IMG/VR virus record: IMGVR_UViG_3300032782_000011 | Span: 1-63,457 of that record | Length of the DNA: 63,457 nt | Reading direction: 5' to 3' (one strand) | From: a virus | Taxonomy: Duplodnaviria > Caudoviricetes | Shown: positions 17,520 through 27,277 of the stretch, piece after piece | How the letters are laid out: each line of letters opens with the position of its first letter | Numbering within the stretch: position 1 is the first letter of the stretch | Notes under the pieces: model-generated | Databases searched by the model: none | Told to the model about the DNA's origin: nothing | Seen by the model: only the letters and a program-made list of their open reading frames with translations | Position numbers and translations under genes: made by a program

Positions 17520-18464
17520 TTTCCCCCCAGTACCCTATCCATGACTTCCATGTCTATGGCGTGCGCCCGCTTCAGGCCCGCGCCATAACCTCCAAGGAAA
17601 GCCCGTTGCAGTATCAACCGTATCTCTTCGGGATTGCCCTTGGCGATTAGCAGCCCATAGCACTCCATCAGCTCTAGAGCTGCCCTACGCGCTTCCTCTT
17701 GTATATCCGATTTCTCTAACGGCATAGCATCTCCCCTTTGTAGTAGCACAACATAGTGCTACACCCTTGTCAAGAACTAGTACCTCAGTTTTGTACAGCA
17801 AACGTAAAGTGCAACCGCAACCAACAACAACACGAACCCGATATATTTCCCTAGGATAACCGCCGAGATGAACACCAATGCGGCTATCCTAGCTAGTAAC
17901 TTTACCACTTGTAATATGCTTCCGGGTACCGCCTATGACACTCAACGAGCCCCTTCTCAACGTCGCCACCCATCTCTTTGATGACGACCTGTTCGACTCG
18001 GAGCCTCACATTCGCGTCGAGCGCCATATTCATCGCACACTGAAGCCTCGCGGATTCCGTCACCGTCCCATACGGCCCTACTAGAACAGGCGGCGGCTCC
18101 TTGATGCCGAGCATTTTACGGATTTTGTCCCCTAGGCTCACTAGCTCCTCCCGACCATGGCGTCATAGTCCATGCTATCCGTCAATGCCTGAGTCGCGTC
18201 CATGAAACGGTTGGCGCTAAACTCCGGCTCATTTACTAGCAAGGCTATAAACGCATCTCTTACTAGGTTAATGCCAGCCCTTTCGCTAGGTGCCTCATGG
18301 CCAAAGCCCGTGCGTTGGTACGCTTGTGTTAGGGCTTCTGCTACCAGACCAATGTGCTCCTGTGTCCAGACTGGCTTGTTACTACTGCTACTTCTACTAC
18401 CTGACTTCCCCCTTCGTTTTTGCATCACTACCTCCAAACCTTTAGGCTCAGGGCTGCGGCCCAC
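17516..18464 (-). other. Three small hypothetical genes (17516-17749, 17902-18141, 18141-18464)
   Basis: ORF track, RBSs and overlapping stop/start codons. Confidence 0.55.
17743..17783 (-). promoter_or_regulatory. Promoter with dyad operator
   Basis: GTACTAG-3nt-TTGACA followed by the palindrome GTAGCAC-N6-GTGCTAC; -10 not clear. Confidence 0.45.
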
Positions 18465-18902
18465 CGCTCGCTCATCCCCTCGCTCCCTTCCCGGCTCCCG
18501 GCTGGCGGGGCTTCGGCCAACACTTGCCGCTCCATTCGACTCGCGCCGTCTAGCCTTCCAATCGCGGTGGCGGAATCTGATGGTCAGTCATCTTGCAGAA
18601 ATACGTGTTACTCGCTGTGAAAATCCACCAGCCGCGCAGCAATGGCTGCACCCTCTTCCGCTTCGCGCTCCCGGTCATGGGCGGCGCTCCATCACAGTCT
18701 TTAACTCCGCGAAGGTGCAGCCCAAAATTCTCGCTGCCTTCCTGATTCGCTCACGCGGAATCGCCTTGCGTTCCCGTCTGCAATCCGCACAGCCTGCTAT
18801 GTACCGCTTTTTAGCTTTCGCCATCCCCCTTCTCCTTTCGCGCCGCGTGGCGCTCGCTTTGGGGCAAACCGGGTGTCGGTCGTGCTGACACCCAGCTACC
18901 GC

Positions 18903-19412
18903 TCACTTCCCCTCGACCGCCCCCACAATCGCGTTCAAGGCTTCGCAAACAGGCTTGAATCTTGGGTCAGTCTCGACTTGTTCCTTGCTCATCTTTTTCA
19001 TTTCGGCCATCGTCTTGACGAATTTCTCATGCACGGTCTCAGGCTTCTCTCCGGTAGAAAGCGCCTTTACCAGTTCGGTGTATTCAGTCGGCACGGAAAA
19101 GTTTACGTAAGCATACGTGCAATCAAAATCGTCATCCTCGTCTGAGAGATAGTTGGGGTGCTTTGGCAAGTGGTACTGGATTGTGCAGCCAGTGCAATCA
19201 CAATCTGGGCCAGCTTCCTTCTCATCGTTCCAATGCTCCCGATTTCCACCACCATTGCGTGTGTAGAGAATTATCTTGGTGCCATCCTCGTTCGCGTAGA
19301 TGTCTCGGAATCGTCCGCTATGCCACTTTCCTTCAGGTTGGTCAATGTCGAGCACCTTCAAGAAAATTGCCGACAGCGGATTGCGTCCGTGCAGTAGATT
19401 GTACAAACTCAT
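18903..19412 (-). CDS. Phage hypothetical protein (MSLYNLL...RFRD...YTRNGGGNRE...DDDFDCTYA)
   Basis: GGGAGG RBS before ATG 19412; motif-like blocks recalled from other phage hypotheticals. Confidence 0.7.
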   Translation of the reverse strand: MSLYNLLHGRNPLSAIFLKVLDIDQPEGKWHSGRFRDIYANEDGTKIILYTRNGGGNREHWNDEKEAGPDCDCTGCTIQYHLPKHPNYLSDEDDDFDCTYAYVNFSVPTEYTELVKALSTGEKPETVHEKFVKTMAEMKKMSKEQVETDPRFKPVCEALNAIVGAVEGK

Positions 19413-19664
19413 CAGCCCCTCCCAAACAACTGTGCGGTAGCTCGGCTGCTCCCCTGCACAAATCCGGTTTACCCCTCGAAACTCTCTACTCTTTCTCGCG
19501 CTCTGGCGGGGTGCCGCGCTGCAACAGCGTAAATCCACGCGCCGTCAGATAATCCTGGATGTTGTGCCAGCAATACTCACAGACATACCACGTTCCTACG
19601 CACAAGTCCGGGAATGCTTCAGCATCCATGATTTCATGGCAAATGGAACAGCGTACAGTTCGGC

Positions 19665-20030
19665 TCACCTCTTCCCCTCCCCCTCCTGCTGTGGCTGGAT
19701 GGCAGCGCGGGCCTCGCGCAGTTCGTCAGCGCAGGTAGCAGCGACCTGCCACGTAAATGAACCATTCGCTAACTCGCGCCACTTCTCTTCCAGCCCATCC
19801 AACGCCTCGTTGAGTCTGCGGTTCTCGGCCTTGAGACGGTCGCGCTCGGCCAGCAGGTCGGGAGCAGAAGCGATGAGTTTGGCATTGGCCTCGTCGTCGC
19901 CAAATACGAACGCCACCCCTTTTGCCTCTGGACCCCCTCCCACTTCCCAGAATTTCCTTTTGAGCACAAAATTCCTTCCAGCACCATCATGTTCGATTAA
20001 CTTCCACGGCCCCGGTGTATGCTCACTCAT
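19665..20030 (-). CDS. Phage hypothetical protein (HTPGPW...ANAKLIASAPDLL family)
   Basis: Characteristic motifs; GAGGAG RBS. Confidence 0.75.
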   Translation of the reverse strand: MSEHTPGPWKLIEHDGAGRNFVLKRKFWEVGGGPEAKGVAFVFGDDEANAKLIASAPDLLAERDRLKAENRRLNEALDGLEEKWRELANGSFTWQVAATCADELREARAAIQPQQEGEGKR

Positions 20031-20181
20031 TCGCTCCTCCCCTCGGCGGGACGCTCCCGTTGTCCGCAACGGACGCAAAAACCGCCCTCGAACTTGTGCT
20101 CCGGCCAGACAATAAATTTGCCCATGACCTTGCTGCCCCCCGTTCTCTGCGACTCGAAGCAAAACACGACCCAGCACTCTT

Positions 20182-20964
20182 TCATGGCTCGGCGGGACGC
20201 TCCAGCGCACGAATTTTATTTGCCAACTCCTGCGCTTCGCTTGCGCTTTCAACTGCTTGGAACCATTCGTGATGGTCGGAGATGCGCCTGTAGATTAGAT
20301 GTGCCGCTTCCTCCAGCGCCTCCACCCGCGCTTGCTGGACGGCGGCGGTGAGTTCTTTGATATGTGCTTTTTCCGCTTCGAACAACCCTTGCTGATTGTG
20401 ACGGTGCATTATTCGGATGGCATCGCCCAGAGCCTTATCGAAAACCTTGTAGGCATCGGGGTATTTTTCTCGTAGCGACTCCAGGGACAGCGCCTCGCTC
20501 GGCTCCTCCCCGGCTGGGGCGGGCACATCCTCGTAATAATCTCCGTAGCCGTCGTTCACGAGGACTCGCTTCGTCGCAGGCGCACCCGGCTGCTCCGCTG
20601 GGGATGCGGCGAGCAGGGCATCTATGAGAATCGGAACTTCGCACTGACCGTCACAACAGGCAGATTTCAGTTTCAAAAGTTGCTTCATCAGCGGGCTTGG
20701 CGCTGGTGCGGCGGCCTTTGACGTTTTGTATCCTGCTTTCCGCAGGGCTTCCATTGTTATTGCTACTTGCTCCGCCCCTTCTACCACAATGCTGATTGGG
20801 CCAGTGGGCGCGGCGGATAGGGCTTGCTCCACGTGCTCCTCAATCTGCCGCGTGTAAAACTCGATGCGTGGCTGGGACGGAACAGCATCCAACTCAATCG
20901 CCATCCGATGCTGCAAATTGTTGATTGCCCGCAAGTGCCCCCGCAACCGTTCCTCTTGTGTCAT
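20182..20964 (-). CDS. Mosaic hypothetical protein (260 aa)
   Basis: GGGAGG RBS; low-complexity modular phage protein. Confidence 0.6.
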   Translation of the reverse strand: MTQEERLRGHLRAINNLQHRMAIELDAVPSQPRIEFYTRQIEEHVEQALSAAPTGPISIVVEGAEQVAITMEALRKAGYKTSKAAAPAPSPLMKQLLKLKSACCDGQCEVPILIDALLAASPAEQPGAPATKRVLVNDGYGDYYEDVPAPAGEEPSEALSLESLREKYPDAYKVFDKALGDAIRIMHRHNQQGLFEAEKAHIKELTAAVQQARVEALEEAAHLIYRRISDHHEWFQAVESASEAQELANKIRALERPAEP

Positions 20965-21403
20965 CTAATACCTCCCTAAATATCCACCTGTGGGTCAGTC
21001 CAGCAACACCCTAAGTAGTAGTGCTGATAATGCTCAATCGCTCTCTGTTGGTCCTGTAGCAGCTCCCAGTCCCTGAGCATGTCCTGAAGCAGCACATCAT
21101 CTTTGCAGGTCCGATGCGCCGTGGCTCCCCCAACCAGAAGCATCAGCACCAAGGTAGCTACAATCCTCACCATCCTATATCCCATATACCCCTTCCCCTT
21201 GGAAGTCAAGCACAATTATGTGTAGCAGTAGTACCATTACTACCCATAAGAGTCCATGAGCATCCTCAAAACCCTTGACACCAATGCTACACTCTCTACC
21301 GGGTGCAGGCCAGCACTCCCCGCGTTGCCGAAACCGGGAATCAACTGGGTAGGGGTGGGGACCTCTGACTCGCCCCTGCACCAGTTTTCAGAGGACGCAT
21401 ACT

Positions 21404-22162
21404 ATGACGGGTCAGCCTAGTCCGTATCTCATTGAAAAGATACTACCTTCAGGGCGAATTCACTTACTAGCAGGAATCAGTAGCGCAGGGAAAACACGCT
21501 GGATACTTCCGACCCTGTTGCTGTGGCAAACAGGCGCTCCGGTACTCGGCCTACGCTCCTTCCCCGAACCTTGGGGTATGGTCTGCGGCGACCGCCCACT
21601 GATTGACGCGCACGATAGCCTAAGAACGATGAACTTCTCCCCAGAAGCCGTCCCCATCATCCCCTGCTTCGGTAAATATAACAAGCCCCTCGGTACGGTC
21701 CTTCGAGAGATAGAGAAAGCAGGCTGGAAGCTCATCTTCTGGGAGGGCTTCGATATGTTCGTGAGGAATCCGAATAACCCTAGTGAAGTCAGAGAGTTAC
21801 TTAGCACCGTAGGGGCCTGCTGCGAGGAGCTAGGTTGGACCGTTCTCGGTACTGTTGGAGTGCCGAAGCTCAAACCCTCAGAGACCTACCTCAACCCTCG
21901 CCAGTTAGTAGGGGGCACAACGCTCTGGGAGCGCGCTACAAGCACGAACTTCATCATCCAGCCTACCAACCCTCGCAACGTCGGCGATGGGAGCCGTATG
22001 CTCCACGTATGCCTCAAGAATGCCCCTTCCTTCGCGGTCACAGGATGCTTCGACCACAACGGCGCGCTAATTTTCAATAGCTGGGACCACCGCTTGGAAG
22101 ACGAAGAATTGCAAAAACTCCTCACCGATTTGAAGAAGCGCCCCAAGTCTGCCGAAGAGTAG
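21404..22162 (+). CDS. AAA_25/RepA-like helicase-type ATPase
   Basis: YLIEKILPSGRIHLLAGISSAGKT Walker A; LIFWEGF Walker B-like; the only plus-strand gene in the early arm. Confidence 0.75.
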   Translation: MTGQPSPYLIEKILPSGRIHLLAGISSAGKTRWILPTLLLWQTGAPVLGLRSFPEPWGMVCGDRPLIDAHDSLRTMNFSPEAVPIIPCFGKYNKPLGTVLREIEKAGWKLIFWEGFDMFVRNPNNPSEVRELLSTVGACCEELGWTVLGTVGVPKLKPSETYLNPRQLVGGTTLWERATSTNFIIQPTNPRNVGDGSRMLHVCLKNAPSFAVTGCFDHNGALIFNSWDHRLEDEELQKLLTDLKKRPKSAEE

Positions 22163-22207
22163 TAGTACTAGTACCCTTAGCGTAACTCACTCAACCTTAG
22201 TAGCACC

Positions 22208-22305
22208 TAAGTCCTTTGTTTTGGCACCTGCCTCCCTGAGTGCGCGCACTCGTCCCCCCATTAATTTTCTTATACTCACATTCACTATCGCAAACAAAGG
22301 ACTTA
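22208..22305. repeat. Perfect 14-bp inverted repeat TAAGTCCTTTGTTT / AAACAAAGGACTTA
   Basis: 22208-22221 and 22292-22305; near-copy AAACAAAGGGTTTA at 31381-31394. Confidence 0.85.
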
Positions 22306-22369
22306 TTTGTTTGCTCAGTGAAGGGGAAGAGAAGAGGTTTCGCCGTATATTCGCTTTTGAAGTGTTACT

Positions 22370-23230
22370 TTAGGAGTAGAAATGGTCCTGCTCGGCAAGG
22401 ATTTTCTCCCTGGCTGAAACGAGGTCGGGATTGGGCAGGTCGCGCTCGGGCGCATCTACGACCACCGAAGGGGCGATAGCGCGCAAAAGCGCGTTGACCT
22501 CCTGCGGGGTTAGCTCTACGGTAATCGTCGGGTTCATGTCTATCAAGATTCGCTCTCTCATGGTGCCTCCTGCCCGTAGTGTACCCCGCTTCCGCTCCTT
22601 AGACCACTTCCCCCTGATTGATATTCGACCCCGCAATCGGGTCCTCCATCGAGGTGGTCTCGAACTCCTACTGGCAGGGTTGCTCCTTGCCGTTCATCAT
22701 ATCCTCAAGAGCCTGAGCAGTTACGCGAAGGGACGCAATCACGTTCTCGCAGACCTCACGATGCTCGGGCTTTGCTAGGAGCTTCTCGACCACGCGACCC
22801 AGCACGACCTCGGTGCCGTTCTCGCTCCCGAAGATACACCCGACCAGGAACATACGCTTCTTCTGGAGTGCCTCTTCGAGATTGCTCAACTCCTCAGTCG
22901 GCACATCCTGAGCCTTAGCCGACACCTTCCCACGCATCATGATGTGCTTCTCGCCAACTTTCAACATTGAATCCCCCTTTGAGCCGTAAGCGACTCTCCC
23001 TACCCACCGTGATGAGCAGGGAGCGTGGCTTATCTGGTTCTCTTGATTTGCGCTGCCTTGACGGCATGTGGCTGGATGCGCCACACCTTCACATCCTCAG
23101 CGCGCACACCGACAGTCTCGCTGGCACCACTATCAGTGAAGACGAGGAAGCCGAACTTCTGCTTCATGTCCAGAGCCGTGATGGTCATCGTTGTGCCATC
23201 GCTCATCTCAAGCACATAGTCCTGCACCAT
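22370..23230 (-). other. Small early genes (22370-22561, 22668-22967, 23030-23230)
   Basis: GGAGG/AAGGGGGA RBSs. Confidence 0.55.
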
Positions 23231-23417
23231 GTGTCCCCCTTCTGGAGCCCCGTGACACCCTCATTTCGCTCATGGGTAGCCCTCGCATCGGAGCGAGAGT
23301 CACTCAACCGAAGCCAAGCTATGCCTCTAGGCACTACCCTGAGCGCAGGAGGAACACCACGTAGTGCTCCATTTAGCACTCAAATGAGTACTAGATGCAG
23401 CATTCGTGATGATGTAG

Positions 23418-23482
23418 CATTATTATATAATTGATATACTATCTATATATTGTATATAAATAGTAACAATATGATACAGAAT
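23418..23482. other. Very AT-rich segment, candidate replication origin unwinding element
   Basis: TTATTATATAATTGATATACTATCTATATATTGTATATAAATAGTAACAATATG in a GC-rich genome. Confidence 0.45.
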
Positions 23483-23630
23483 GATGCGGATTCCTCTTTG
23501 TGTATCCCTTGAGTATCGGATAGGTAATCCCAGACAGAGCAACTGCTACCACTACAACTCCCAGTAACATCACATCCCCCTGGAGCGAGTGTTTCATTCG
23601 GCTCACTCTCGCGAATGAGCCTATGCAACA

Positions 23631-26094
23631 CTAGCTGACGGGCTGGGTTGGTCGAGCGGCCTTCTCGACCATGAACTTACTCAGTTCATAGCCGAAGATG
23701 GTCGCTACCTCCGCGCCAATCTGCGAGAAGGTGCAATCGTGCTTCTGCCCCAGCTCAACGATGGCATGGCCAATCACGTGAAACATCTGGTCGGCCCGCT
23801 TGTTCTGATTGAACAGCTTCAACAACGGCTTCCAATCCTCTGGCACCGTTGTCGTCTCAGCAGAGTGCTTCACCTTCTCGTACATGCCCTTGACGAACTC
23901 ATCAAGCTCATCGTTTGTGAGATTCGACGCATCGAGCCCTACGGCATTGGTAATAGCTGACATAATTCCCCCTTTCGTGGCCTCCTTAGTGGAAGCTACG
24001 AACTCTTTGGCTTTTGGGCCGCTGGCGCACCTAGAGCACAGCAACTCCCCAGCCTCAACTCCTTCACAATCTGCTCCCCGGTGCCACCTCTATCGTCAGT
24101 GTGCTCCACACCCCCGCCACGCTTGAAGGTATTCGCATCCCTTCTGCGTGGGAACGTGTGAACCTGTGTCGCCACAGTCACGAAGTGAGCCTTCTCCAGC
24201 GGCCTAGTCTGCCTACCGCATTTCTCGCACTTAAACATCGCCCCTCCTTAGGGTGCTACATGAGCTAATGGCTCATAGACAATGAGACACGCCCCTAAAA
24301 CCACCAGCACCGCAGCCAGTAGCGCGACATACGCTATCCCGATGACCACGGTATTCCAATTCCTATCCTTCTCGCCGGACACGGAGCACCCCCTTGACGT
24401 TAAGCTCAACAACAAAGGCCCTACACGCGGCACACTCAATCGTCACCACCTTACGCTTGGCGTCAAAATACACACTGACACCATCAAAAGGGTGGCAATT
24501 CGCAACCAGATACTTCCCTCGCTTGGCCATCAAATCTCCTTCCCCGCATGGCGCTCGTCGAAGGTACGCATCCAGTGATTGAGCACCTTCTTGGCTTCGT
24601 CGTCACTCAAACCAAATCTCCTCACCAGCCAAGGCCTTGCGCCATACATATTCGTCTGGCCACTGTCGCGCAGCCTATCGAGGTAGCGCATGTATTTCCC
24701 CATCTGCTTATCGGTCACAGCCCATCACCTCCCCTCAAGACATGCTCCAACCCTGGAATGCCAGATACGACAAAATCTGGCCAGCATAGGCCTCGGCCTG
24801 CTCACGATACGGGAAGGGCTTCGAAACGAAGTCGTAGCAGCTCTCGGTCATGACTTCGAACTCTGACTGGTTGCTGCTGAAAATGGCGAGCTTCGATTCG
24901 GAGGCAATCACCCCTACGTAGAAGCTATCTCTCACCAGTCCTCACCTCCTTTGAGGCCTAGGCGCACAGCCTCACAATCCCAGTGATACACCATGCCATC
25001 TGGCGCAACATACACCTCATCGCCAGTAGTGAACCTTCTATGGCACAGGTCGCATCTCCTCCCTACTAGCGGATGGTCCCACGTCAGGGGAGAGAACTTT
25101 CTCAAATCTCCATGCGTCACTTACCACCTCCATGGGATTAGGGTGCTGATAATCCCCGAAATCAGGCTAATCAACAAATTCACCTTCCACTGGGAGAAGA
25201 ATGGAAGCTCCCTGGCCTTGTAATCCAGCCAGCAGAGCACAAAGAACGTCAGGGGAACACCTATAAGTGTGCCAACGTGATACGCGCTCAACTACCACCT
25301 CCACTCTCTGCCAACCGAGATGTGCCCACAGCGCCCCTTATGCACCGCGAGCGGTACCCGGCACGGCTCAACCCTCGCCTTCATGCCGCCGCAGGATTGT
25401 AGCACGGCCACGACTAGAAGTAGTAGCATCACCTTCGCAACCCTAGCTACCTTCATCACTCCCCTACCTTTCCCCCATTTCGCAGGATGTAAAACACTCC
25501 CGCTACCAAGAGAGCTTCTAACGCGATGAACAAGCCAATGACCTCTAGCACGTCGGCACCTCCCTGTACACCACCTCGCGGAGCCTACGGCTCAAAAAGC
25601 ACCACTCAGCACCACCCCTCCGCCACGCCACCGTGGCGAGCGAGAGTAGCACCGAGCGCATACCGTACCGCCCCACCAGCTCACCTTCGAGCTTGACTAA
25701 TTTCGCTGCCTCCTGTATGGTCACAATCTGTATCCCCCTTGTGTCGCCCCTCAATGAGCGACCCGGTGAGGGGCTGCTTCCCACAGCCCCTCATTGTCTC
25801 GCTCAGCAAGACCCCTACCATAAGCTCAAGGTGGTACTCACCTTAACCCTCAACCACTTCCTCTACTTCGAAAATAGCATCGGCCAGCGCCGCACCCGTA
25901 ACTTCACCAATCTTCGCGAGTGCCAGCGCCCCTCCAAATGCCACCTCTCTGTGGACAAAGTGGATGAGAAACGCTCCAGCAATCAACCCCCCAACCATCG
26001 CGGTAGTCCTGATGATAAATGCAGTCATCCTCGGACCAATCGTGATGGTAATCGTGTGGTTCCTGAGTAGGCTTTTAGCCTTCCTCGCAGTCAT
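23631..26094 (-). other. Cluster of small early genes (e.g. 23631-23963, 23996-24238 Zn finger, 24530-24718 RDSGxTNM protein, 24735-24935, 24932-25120, 25843-26094 membrane protein)
   Basis: Short tightly coupled ORFs with GGAGG/GGGGGA RBSs. Confidence 0.55.
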
Positions 26095-26346
26095 CGCTCT
26101 CCGCCTCCGGCTCGAATGTGTCGGTCGGACCTTCGGCTTCAACTGCTGGCACCGCTCCACCGTCGTCCTCCCACTGAGCAACTTCACCTCGCAGGATTTC
26201 GTCGGCCTCAGGAACACAGCTTCCCACTGGCTCCATTCGTATCCCCCTTTCCAAGTTGCGCCTCTACCACCTTGAGCAACTCCTCGGCATGCCACTTTCG
26301 CAGCATGCCGGAGCGTTACTCAACGCTTGTTCGACGATGGAGACGA

Positions 26347-26592
26347 TTAGAACGGCAAATCGTCGTCGCTCCCGTCGTCCTCACCCTCAACCGGAGGCAG
26401 GTCGTCCGCCGCGCCCAAGTCATTCGGCCCGGTCGGCGCATCGGCCAAGCCAATACCGAGCAACGCGGCCAACGCAGCCGCATCGGCATCGCTCATGCCC
26501 TTCAGCCCCGGCACCTTGGACTTCGCGCTCGCAACGATGCGGCGCGCAGCCTTCCGGTGATGCTTCTGGACCTTCGTGGTTGTAACAGCCAT
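26347..26592 (-). CDS. Small early protein, basic N-terminus and acidic DDDLPF tail
   Basis: AAGGGGAA RBS; SSB-like C-terminal tip DDDLPF. Confidence 0.7.
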   Translation of the reverse strand: MAVTTTKVQKHHRKAARRIVASAKSKVPGLKGMSDADAAALAALLGIGLADAPTGPNDLGAADDLPPVEGEDDGSDDDLPF

Positions 26593-26693
26593 GGTATTCC
26601 CCTTTTCATTTTGTGAATTTGGAGCGTTACCTCGCTCCAGAGCAGCCATAAGCCACTCATGAGTGCCACTCACACTAGGCACTCAGGTGTAGC

Positions 26694-27194
26694 TCACTCG
26701 GCTTCAACCGGGTGATAACCCCCACACCTCGCGCACTTCATACCCACCTGCATGCCCATCATCCTGAGCATCGCAGGAGTCGGTAGAGTCTCGAATGGCG
26801 CTTTCTCAACTGCGACCTCATACGAGTGCAGGTCAGCTTTCACTTGCTTCTCATCAAGTGGAACCATCATCCTGGCAAAATCCCAAGCCTGACGTTCCTC
26901 AGCGAGCCTATCCTGCATCATGGAGCGCGAGAGGTGAATCGCCTCGTAACTCCCAAGGCGCGACTTCGCCTCGGTCGAGTTAGCCTCATCTCTCACCGTC
27001 GATGGTAGTTTGAGTATCCTACCAACCGCATGGCCCAACTCATGGGCCAGTGTGGTAGCATTCAATCCACCATGCTTCGGAGAGAGCCTGATACGGTATT
27101 GATTAGGCCGCATCTTGTTGGTATCGATGCAACCTCCACAGTCCATATCCTCATCGTCTTCGACGACGAATATCACTCCCATTACCTTCCCCAT
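26694..27194 (-). CDS. HExxH zinc metallopeptidase (IrrE/ImmA-like)
   Basis: TTLAHELGHA...EERQAWDFA; AAGGGGGA RBS. Confidence 0.75.
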   Translation of the reverse strand: MGKVMGVIFVVEDDEDMDCGGCIDTNKMRPNQYRIRLSPKHGGLNATTLAHELGHAVGRILKLPSTVRDEANSTEAKSRLGSYEAIHLSRSMMQDRLAEERQAWDFARMMVPLDEKQVKADLHSYEVAVEKAPFETLPTPAMLRMMGMQVGMKCARCGGYHPVEAE

Positions 27195-27277
27195 CGAATC
27201 CCCCTTAGGCACCACCTTTCCCCTTTCGAATAGTGCCCATTGGAGCGCCTCACTGAAGCGCCCCTAGCGCACCACTC

